DNA of 57,799 nt. It comes from Planctomycetota bacterium (GTDB taxonomy: Bacteria; Planctomycetota; B15-G4; JADJEK01). The stretch spans positions 1 to 57,799 of the forward strand of contig JBGAIQ010000034.1 of the NCBI GenBank assembly GCA_044225365.1, in the 5' to 3' direction. Of this stretch, positions 18,031 to 25,558 are shown in pieces. The notes beneath the pieces are model-generated. The model saw only the letters and a list, made by a program, of their open reading frames with translations, was not told the origin of the DNA and searched no databases. Within the stretch, counting starts at the first letter, position 1, and each line of letters begins with the position of its first letter. The position numbers and the translations under genes are program-made.

Positions 18031-18486
18031 ATGACGAAGAAGTGGCGGGAGCTTGGTCATCTCGACGCTCGTGGTCCCCAAGGATGGACCGTCGAGTTCG
18101 CGACGATGCTCGACGGCTCGCGCCCCGCGTTGGACTACATCGATGGAACGGATAAAGCGTCGAACCCGAAGCGACTGTTCCGCGAGAACGACTTCTCGCG
18201 GCTCACCTCGATTCTCGAGCAGATTCGCTTCGGCGGGACTCAGGACTTGCTGGGTTCACCCGTCTTCACGAGTTTCATCGGAGAAGACAAGAAGGACGCG
18301 ATGTGCGAACTTCGGATCAAAGCGGAGCAAGGCCATCGCTTCCTTTGCTTCAAGCGAGATGGGCAGCGTTTCGTGATCGCGTGCGGCTTCTTGAAGCCGC
18401 CGCAGTACGAGACTCCGAAAGAGCAGAAGGTTCGCGCGCGGTCGATCATGGCCGAATACGAGAGCCCGAAGAAACCGAAACGGTGA
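18031..18486 (+). CDS. HigB/RelE-family (Gp49-like) toxin of a TAC module
   Basis: MCELRIK..GHRFLCF..GQRFVIACGFLK..QYETPKEQKVRA; toxin-first order ahead of an HTH gene. Confidence 0.75.
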   Translation: MTKKWRELGHLDARGPQGWTVEFATMLDGSRPALDYIDGTDKASNPKRLFRENDFSRLTSILEQIRFGGTQDLLGSPVFTSFIGEDKKDAMCELRIKAEQGHRFLCFKRDGQRFVIACGFLKPPQYETPKEQKVRARSIMAEYESPKKPKR

Positions 18487-18489
18487 GAA

Positions 18490-18906
18490 GTGATGTACGA
18501 CCCGATCGATGAGCAGGATGTCTACCTCGAGACCCAGCGCCTTGCCGTGATGGCGAGCGTCGGAATCGAGAACGCGATGACCAAGGCCGGCCTCCGTCGG
18601 TCCGATCTCGCCACGAGGCTCGACGTTCCGCGCTCGCGGATCAGTCAGGCGCTCGACGGCGAGACCAACATGACGCTGAAGACGCTCGCGCAGTTCGGAC
18701 TCGCTTGCGGTGTCCGGTGGCAATTCGTGGGAGTCGATGCCGTCGACGCCGCGAAGATCGTCGTGGCACCGCCGTCGCTCGGACTCATTTCCGAATGTGA
18801 GTTCGTCGTCGAACCTGTTGGCGAATTCAGCATGGACTCGGCCGCGCCGAAGATCTCCGCGGTGAGTTCGCCGGCGGACTCCAACAACTACGAACTCGCC
18901 GCATGA
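18490..18906 (+). CDS. HigA-like XRE HTH antitoxin with C-terminal extension ending in an SsrA-like tag
   Basis: GLRRSDLATRLDVPRSRISQALDGETNMTLKTL HTH; about 60-aa tail ending ADSNNYELAA. Confidence 0.8.
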   Translation: MMYDPIDEQDVYLETQRLAVMASVGIENAMTKAGLRRSDLATRLDVPRSRISQALDGETNMTLKTLAQFGLACGVRWQFVGVDAVDAAKIVVAPPSLGLISECEFVVEPVGEFSMDSAAPKISAVSSPADSNNYELAA

Positions 18907-18922
18907 CCGCATCGAGGCCGAG

Positions 18923-19450
18923 ATGATCCGTCGCGAATCCAAGGACGATCTGGCAGCCGCCGCGAGAGTTGCACGCACCCTCGTGCTCCAGAGTGTGACG
19001 TCGACGGCAATCGAAGTCACCCGCCACGTCGCGTCCCGCGACAGGGTTGACGGCGTTCGACTGAACTACAAGCGCACCGACAAGGGTACGGCAGTCCTGA
19101 GCAAGGACGGCGATGTGGTGCTCGCGGCGATCGAGTTCAATCTCGTTGTGACGACCAAAGTCGAACCGGACGATCCGTTGATCTCGATTCGACTCGCGTT
19201 CGAGCTCGAATACCGACGTGTCGCCAAGGACGTTCCGATCGCCGACTCGGACCTGGAGAGATTCGCGCGGATCAACGGCGTGTACAACGCGTGGCCGTAC
19301 ATCCGTGAACTCGTCGCGAGCTCGATCATGCGACTCGGCTATCCGGCACTCACGCTCCCGTCGTTGGTGATTGCGCCGAAGAGCGGGGGCCCGAAGCCAC
19401 CGTCCGAGCCGAGCTCGACGAAGCGATCGAGTCGATCGAAGGCGGAGTAG
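18923..19450 (+). CDS. SecB-like chaperone (TAC chaperone)
   Basis: FARINGVYNAWPYIRELVASSIMRLGYPALTLPSL is the SecB C-terminal helix signature; third gene after toxin and antitoxin. Confidence 0.8.
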   Translation: MIRRESKDDLAAAARVARTLVLQSVTSTAIEVTRHVASRDRVDGVRLNYKRTDKGTAVLSKDGDVVLAAIEFNLVVTTKVEPDDPLISIRLAFELEYRRVAKDVPIADSDLERFARINGVYNAWPYIRELVASSIMRLGYPALTLPSLVIAPKSGGPKPPSEPSSTKRSSRSKAE

Positions 19451-19542
19451 TCGTCGTCGCGGACAGGCGAGATTGATCTCGTGGACGATGAACGCCGCGA
19501 CTCGCGGTACCAGCCTCGAGTTCAATCGAAGAATCGACCGCA

Positions 19543-19576
19543 GTCTGCGTCTAGGTATATATACCTAGACGCAGAC
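19543..19576. promoter_or_regulatory. Perfect 34-bp palindrome, putative AbiEi operator 1
   Basis: GTCTGCGTCTAGGTATA|TATACCTAGACGCAGAC, exact inverted repeat without a loop. Confidence 0.75.
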
Positions 19577-19663
19577 GTAGGAATCCGCCAACGACATCGG
19601 TCGCAAGGCGCTTTTCCAACGTGGTTTGTGTCTTGGAGACGTGCGTGATTGCGCTCGGCAGGC

Positions 19664-19687
19664 AGGCCAGGTATATATACCAGGCCT
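19664..19687. promoter_or_regulatory. 24-bp near-perfect palindrome with the same GGTATATATACC core, putative AbiEi operator 2
   Basis: AGGCCAGGTATA|TATACCAGGCCT (one mismatch), ending 1 nt before the ATG at 19689. Confidence 0.75.
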
Positions 19688-19688
19688 C

Positions 19689-20570
19689 ATGACCATCTCA
19701 AAAGCCGCTCTCACCCGCCTTCTCGCCGGCTTCCAGGGCCTTGGAGACGCCGCGTTCTCGTTCCACGACATCAGCACGCTCTTGAATCAGAATCGTTCGA
19801 ACTGGGGAGTCCCGGGAGATCTCGGAGCCAAACGAACTCTAGCCTTCTTGATGGAGAAGAATCAGATCCGCGAGGTCGCTTTGCCGTCGGTCGGGAAAAA
19901 GAAGAAGTACCCGGCGATCACGCGATACGTTCAAGGCCAGCCCTCGGCATTCGACCTGGCCGTTTCGATTGCTTCGTCCGCTTACCTTTGTCACGCGTCC
20001 GCACTCTACGTCCATGGTCTCACGAACCAGATTCCAGCGACGATCTACGTCAACCGTGAGCAAAGCCCGAAGCCTGATCCGGATGGTGACCTCACGCAGG
20101 CCGCCATCGATCGCGCGTTCAACAGTCCGCAGCGACGAACGAATTACGTCTTCGCGTACGAGGGATTCCAGATCGCGATCCTGTCCGGGAAGAACACGAA
20201 ACGACTCGAGGTGATCGAGATCCCGAACGGCGAATTCCAAGGCCTGCCGGTGACGAGCATCGAGCGCACGCTCATCGACATTGCCGTTCGACCGGATTAC
20301 TCCGGAGGTGTCGCACAAGTGGCCGAGGCGTACGACCGAGCGAAGGGCCGCTTCTCAGTCAATCGGCTCGTGGCGACGTTGAAGAAGCTGGCGTACGTGT
20401 ACCCGTACCACCAGGTGATTGGCTTCTACCTTTCGCGGAGCAACTATCCCGAGAAGAGCCTCGTCGAACTGAGGAAGCTCGGGACCGAATTCAATTTCCA
20501 CCTGGCACACGGACTGAAGACCCGCGTCCTCGACCCCTCATGGCGGGTCTATCGTCCAGAGTGGCTCTAG
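19689..20570 (+). CDS. Type IV TA antitoxin, AbiEi-like
   Basis: AYLCHASALYVHGLTNQIPATIYVN and VTSIERTLIDIAVRPDYSGGVAQV are AbiEi C-terminal domain motifs; wHTH-like N-terminus. Confidence 0.8.
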   Translation: MTISKAALTRLLAGFQGLGDAAFSFHDISTLLNQNRSNWGVPGDLGAKRTLAFLMEKNQIREVALPSVGKKKKYPAITRYVQGQPSAFDLAVSIASSAYLCHASALYVHGLTNQIPATIYVNREQSPKPDPDGDLTQAAIDRAFNSPQRRTNYVFAYEGFQIAILSGKNTKRLEVIEIPNGEFQGLPVTSIERTLIDIAVRPDYSGGVAQVAEAYDRAKGRFSVNRLVATLKKLAYVYPYHQVIGFYLSRSNYPEKSLVELRKLGTEFNFHLAHGLKTRVLDPSWRVYRPEWL

Positions 20571-21470
20571 TCCCGCTGCGTGCTCGACGACGAAGTCGAA
20601 GTACACGTCGTAGGAGAGCAAGGCACCAGAAACGGAGCCCTCGACCTCCGGCCATCCAGCACGATGGAACTCTCGGCCATTCGAGATCCGAGCGAGGAGC
20701 GTCAGCGGGACTTCCTTCACTTCAAAACTTGCCCGGACCAACTCGTGAATGTCCGGATCCCGAAAGTCCACCTCGCCGGCGGACACGATCGCATGAATGT
20801 CGTAGAAATCGCGAGCTCGCGGCGCCTTGTTGCGACGCTTCGAGTACTCCGGCATCTGCTGGCAAAGCGCGCGGAGCTTTTCGACGGCGATCAACTCCGG
20901 CGCGCACACGCGCACCAGCAACCCATCCACGTCGCATTCGTTCATCGTGCCGCAGAACTCGTTCTTGCTGATCTCGATCTCCATCATGCGTCCCTGACCG
21001 GGACTCACCACCTCCGCTTCTGCAGACAGCCGATCGGGTCGCTTTGCGTGGCGTTCGCGGAGATCGCGGGTCGCCAACTTGAACGTCACGATGTAGCCCC
21101 CGGCTCTCGCCACTCCGACGTGTTTCGGTTTGTGCGCGAACTTGTAGTCGACGACATGGAGCTTCAGCCGGAGGAACTCCTGTTCAAGCGCAATCCGAAG
21201 TTGCTCGCGTGCGGCTCCCGCATCCGCGAAATCGGACTCGAGCGAGTAGTCGACGTCCTGGGATGTCCTGGCGCCAAGATCGTGTACGAGCCGCAGGGCG
21301 TTCCCGCCCTTGAGGACGAGCACCTTCGACAGTTCGTCGTCGGCGGCGATCGCGCGAATGACCGCGCGGCGATACTCGACCAGTCGCGGGTCGGTCTGGA
21401 TCCGGCGGCCATCCGATGAGGAATCGAATTGGAGCGAACTTCGGGCAGTGACTCGACGCTTCTTCGCCAT
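20538..21470 (-). CDS. Type IV TA toxin, AbiEii/AbiGii-family nucleotidyltransferase
   Basis: LVLKGGNALRL..RTSQDVDYS (Pol-beta motif), IAVEKLRAL and RARDFYDI. Confidence 0.88.
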   Translation of the reverse strand: MAKKRRVTARSSLQFDSSSDGRRIQTDPRLVEYRRAVIRAIAADDELSKVLVLKGGNALRLVHDLGARTSQDVDYSLESDFADAGAAREQLRIALEQEFLRLKLHVVDYKFAHKPKHVGVARAGGYIVTFKLATRDLRERHAKRPDRLSAEAEVVSPGQGRMMEIEISKNEFCGTMNECDVDGLLVRVCAPELIAVEKLRALCQQMPEYSKRRNKAPRARDFYDIHAIVSAGEVDFRDPDIHELVRASFEVKEVPLTLLARISNGREFHRAGWPEVEGSVSGALLSYDVYFDFVVEHAAGLEPLWTIDPP

Positions 21471-21577
21471 GGCACGAAGTCGTACCACGAACTCGGTCAG
21501 CGTTCGAGACCGCTCGCCACGCGGATCTCGCTCGTCCGGACTGGGTCGCCTTCGTCCGGCGCGGTAGTGCGCGAGGC

Positions 21578-21611
21578 TCTCTGATATCGGAGAATTCTCC
21601 CATATGAGAGA
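21578..21611. promoter_or_regulatory. Two tandem 16-bp palindromes TCTCnnATATnnGAGA in the abiEii/pglY divergent region
   Basis: TCTCTGATATCGGAGA (21578-21593) and TCTCCCATATGAGAGA (21596-21611), 18-bp period. Confidence 0.65.
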
Positions 21612-21856
21612 ATCAGCTCTCGTGCTGATGCTCGTTGCCAGCGGCTCGAAGCACCGGAGGGGACTTCGGGCGGTACACGCGACGCTCCTGTCGGTGCATT
21701 GCGGGTGAACGAAGCTGTCGACGCTTCCGCTGCGAGATAAGATTGCGCCGAACTGGAGATGGCCCGAACGAACTGGCGCGACGCTTCGACCTGAACGGGA
21801 TTGACCCCGGCGATGGAGTATGGGAAAACCGCGACCTCCGACAAGGGAACGAATCG

Positions 21857-24800
21857 ATGACCGAAACGCTGCTCCGTGACCTGATCGCGATCCCCGAGCG
21901 AGTGCACAAGGGCGACTTCGTCCTGAAGCTCACCGAGGGTGTCGCGCACGGCGACGAGACCGTGCGCGAGTACGTCGTCACGGAACCGCTCGCCAAGAAT
22001 TTCGACCAGGCGCTTGGGCTCATTCGCTCGGCGGTCGAGAACCGGACGAGCAAAGCGGCTTACCTGCACGGCAGCTTTGGCAGCGGCAAGAGTCACTTCA
22101 TGGCGATGCTGCATCTTTTGTTGCAGCACGATGCAGGAGCGCGCGCGGTTCCCGAACTCGCCGGAGTGGTATCGACCCACTCGGGCTGGCTGCAGGGCAA
22201 GCGGTTTCTCCTCGTGCCCTACCACATGATCGGGGCGCGAAGTTTCGAGCAGGCGCTGGTCGACGGCTACTTGCGCACGATCGAAGTGAAGCACCCTGAT
22301 GCACAGTCTCCGGCAGTGTTCCGCGCCGAAGCACTGTTCAAGGACGCCGCGGGACTCCGCTCGACGCTCGGTGACGCTGCGTTCTTCGCAAAGTTGAATG
22401 CGCGTGCCGCAGCGTCGAGTGCGTCGAAAGCAGGCGGTTGGGGCGCGCTGGATCAGGGTTGGGATGTCGCCACCTACGCCGCGGCGGTTTCGGCCGGTCC
22501 TCATGCCGACGAACGCCGGCGGCTCACACGTGACCTGGTTTCACAGTTCTTCCCCTCGTACGCGAAGGCGAGTGGCGACGACTCCTACCTCGACATGGAC
22601 GACGTCTTGCTCGAGCTGTCGCGCCATGCGAAGTCTCTCGGCTACGACGCGCTCATACTCTTCCTCGACGAGTTGATTCTCTGGCTCGCGAGTCACGTCG
22701 CCGACAGCGCGTTCATCGGACGCGAGGCGCAGAAGGTCGCGAAGTTCGTCGAGTCCGGCACGACGATGCGGGCCTGCGCAGTGATCTCGTTCATCGCGCG
22801 ACAGCGCGATCTGCGCGAACTGATCGGCGAGCATGTTCCAGGAGCGGAGAAACTCGGCTTCACGGACGTTTTGGACTATGCGCGTGGCCGGTTCGACACG
22901 ATCAAGCTCGAGGATCGAAACCTCGCGGCGATCGTCGAGAAGCGCTTGCTGAAGCCGAAAGATGCAGCCGCACGGGAAGCGATCGATCGCGCGTTCGAGC
23001 GAGTCGAGAAGGTCCGTGACACGGTGCTCACGGCGTTGCTTACCCGTGACGGTGATCGAGCGACATTCCGTCGGGTGTACCCGTTCAGTCCGGCGCTCGT
23101 ACAGGTCCTTGTCGCCGTCTCTTCTGCGTTGCAGCGCGAGCGAACGGCGCTCCGCGTCATGCTTCAGTTGCTCGTCGATCAACGCGATCGGCTCGAACTC
23201 GGTCAACTCGTGGCTGTCGGCGACCTCTTCGACGTGATCGCCGAAGGCGACGAGCCCTTCACCGACCAGCTTCGCTCCCAATTCGAGAACACGAAGAAGC
23301 TGTGGCGCACGAAGCTGCTGCCGATGCTCGAGGATTTGCATGGCATTCGGTACGAGGCGGCCAGGATCGCTCCCGCTGACGACGCGAAGGCACGCGCCTT
23401 CCGCGGGGACGAGAGGTTGCTGAAGACGCTTCTCCTCGCGGCGCTCGTTCCCGAGGAAGAGTCGCTCAAGAATCTCACCGCGGGCCGCCTGCACGCTCTG
23501 AATCACGGCACGATCGTGACGCCCGTCGCAGGGCGCGAGACGCAAGCCGTACTCGCCAAGATGCGCGAGTTCGCATCGCGCGTCGGCGAGATCAAGATCG
23601 GCGAGGGATCCGATCCGACGCTGGCAGTTCAAGTCACCGGGGTCGATATCGAGCCGATCCTGGAGCGTGCGGCGTCCGAAGACACCAAAGCGGATCGGCT
23701 GCGGAGAATTCGCGACACGATCTACAAGCGAGTCGGGGTATCGCCTGGGGAGTTATTCAATGCCTCGTTCCCCTGGGAATGGCGAGGAACAGCTCGAACG
23801 GTCGATGTCGTCTTCGGAAACGTGCGGGAGCTTTCGACGGACGCATTTCGCGTCGACGGCGATCGATGGAAGATCGTCATCGACTATCCCTTCGACGAGA
23901 TGGGTCACTCCGCACAGGACGACATCTCGCGCATCGATGACCTGCGCGGTCACGAAGTTCGCGACCGCACCGTCTGCTGGATTCCGAGCTTCTTCTCGAA
24001 CGAGATGCTTACGGATCTCGGTCGGCTGGTGAGGGCGGAACGAATCCTCACGGGAGAACGATTCCGGACCTTCACCGAAGCGCTGTCGGACGTGGATCGG
24101 CAAGCTGCAAAGCTCTTGCTCGAAAACCTGCGCTCCCAGCTCGACAACAAGCTGCTGGTCGCGATCGAGGCTGCGTACGGCTTGCGTGAACCACCGCCGC
24201 GGTTGCTCGACGAACCACTCGATCCGACTCTCCATCTGCACGTCCTGTGTCCTGGTGTCTCGCTGCGACCGCCGGTAGGCGCGGACCTCAAATCCGCGTT
24301 CCTCCAGCTCCTCGATCAGTTGATGTCGTGGCAGTACTCAGCGCATCCCGAGTTCAAGCGGCTGGTCAAGACGAGCGAGTTAAAGAAGATCCTCGAAGTT
24401 GCGCACGCCACGAACGCCGACCCTCAACATCGCAGCACGCCAGAGGCGTCGTTTCGGCCGATCCTGCGCGATATCGCGGGACCCTTGGGTCTGGGCGAGC
24501 AACACGAAGCGGCGTTCCTGTTGAGTGACCAATGGAGAACGAAGCTCTTGAAGAAGGCCGCCGCCGATGAGGGAAGCCTTACCGTTAGAAAGCTGCGTGA
24601 GTTCATCGATGACCCGAAACCCATGGGTCTGCCGCGCGAGGTGCAAAACCTACTCATTCTCGTGTTTGCCGAGCAGACCGGGAAAGCGTTGGTCGGACTT
24701 CGGGCCGACGGGGCGTCGATCGAGCAGATCGATGACGACTTGGAACTCCGCGATCAGAAGCTCCCATCACAATCCGCGTGGAAAGCGGCGCGAGACCGCG

Positions 24801-25558
24801 CCGCAAAGCTGTTCGGCATCGCTCTTGGCCGCGACTTCGTGAGCGCGCACAATGTTGCAAGCCTTGCGGCGGAACTTGGAGAGAAAGCTCGTCAGCATCG
24901 CGAGGATGCGAATCTGCTTCTTCCGGAGCTGAAGAAGCGATCCGAACTCCTAGGTTGGAACCAGAGTAGTGCACGCTTGAAAACGGCGGCGGAAGCACTT
25001 CGTGTGGTCGAACAGCTCCTGGATTCGCCGGACTCGGACCGCCTCGACGCGCTCGCGGGATTTTCGTTTGCGGTCCCGCTTGAGTCGATCGGTACTAGTC
25101 TCAGTAGGGCCGGCAGCGTTCGCGCCGTACTGAAGGAACCGAACAGTTGGGATTTCGTCGACCTGGTTCGCGGCCTTGAAGACGGCCGACACGATCAAGC
25201 CATGAAGGCGATCGAATCGCTTCGCAGCGCATTCGAAGGCGACGAGTACGTTCTGCCACTCGAAGGGGCATTCCGCGAATTCACTCGCGTTGCGATGGGA
25301 CTCGTCAAACAGGCAGTGAGACACCCCGATCCTCCAGTGATTGAAAAGGGGCCGATTCCACCCCCACAGCAGGGACTCGCGGGCCGAATCCTGGAGAAGG
25401 GTGCGAAACAAGGGCTCTCGTTATCGGAGGCCGAAGAGCTGTTCCGTCGATTGACACGAGCGCTGGGCGAAGGCCAAAGCAAACTCGACATCGAATGGAC
25501 CGTTCGCGAAAGGGCCGTTGAAAAGGCAAAGGATCGCCCCGGGGAGAAGGGGCAATGA
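21857..25558 (+). CDS. pglY: BREX type 2 ATPase PglY
   Basis: MTETLLRDLIAIPERVHKGDFVLKL, Walker A YLHGSFGSGKSHF, Walker B LILFLDELILWL, SFIARQRDL and VYPFSPAL. Confidence 0.93.
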   Translation: MTETLLRDLIAIPERVHKGDFVLKLTEGVAHGDETVREYVVTEPLAKNFDQALGLIRSAVENRTSKAAYLHGSFGSGKSHFMAMLHLLLQHDAGARAVPELAGVVSTHSGWLQGKRFLLVPYHMIGARSFEQALVDGYLRTIEVKHPDAQSPAVFRAEALFKDAAGLRSTLGDAAFFAKLNARAAASSASKAGGWGALDQGWDVATYAAAVSAGPHADERRRLTRDLVSQFFPSYAKASGDDSYLDMDDVLLELSRHAKSLGYDALILFLDELILWLASHVADSAFIGREAQKVAKFVESGTTMRACAVISFIARQRDLRELIGEHVPGAEKLGFTDVLDYARGRFDTIKLEDRNLAAIVEKRLLKPKDAAAREAIDRAFERVEKVRDTVLTALLTRDGDRATFRRVYPFSPALVQVLVAVSSALQRERTALRVMLQLLVDQRDRLELGQLVAVGDLFDVIAEGDEPFTDQLRSQFENTKKLWRTKLLPMLEDLHGIRYEAARIAPADDAKARAFRGDERLLKTLLLAALVPEEESLKNLTAGRLHALNHGTIVTPVAGRETQAVLAKMREFASRVGEIKIGEGSDPTLAVQVTGVDIEPILERAASEDTKADRLRRIRDTIYKRVGVSPGELFNASFPWEWRGTARTVDVVFGNVRELSTDAFRVDGDRWKIVIDYPFDEMGHSAQDDISRIDDLRGHEVRDRTVCWIPSFFSNEMLTDLGRLVRAERILTGERFRTFTEALSDVDRQAAKLLLENLRSQLDNKLLVAIEAAYGLREPPPRLLDEPLDPTLHLHVLCPGVSLRPPVGADLKSAFLQLLDQLMSWQYSAHPEFKRLVKTSELKKILEVAHATNADPQHRSTPEASFRPILRDIAGPLGLGEQHEAAFLLSDQWRTKLLKKAAADEGSLTVRKLREFIDDPKPMGLPREVQNLLILVFAEQTGKALVGLRADGASIEQIDDDLELRDQKLPSQSAWKAARDRAAKLFGIALGRDFVSAHNVASLAAELGEKARQHREDANLLLPELKKRSELLGWNQSSARLKTAAEALRVVEQLLDSPDSDRLDALAGFSFAVPLESIGTSLSRAGSVRAVLKEPNSWDFVDLVRGLEDGRHDQAMKAIESLRSAFEGDEYVLPLEGAFREFTRVAMGLVKQAVRHPDPPVIEKGPIPPPQQGLAGRILEKGAKQGLSLSEAEELFRRLTRALGEGQSKLDIEWTVRERAVEKAKDRPGEKGQ

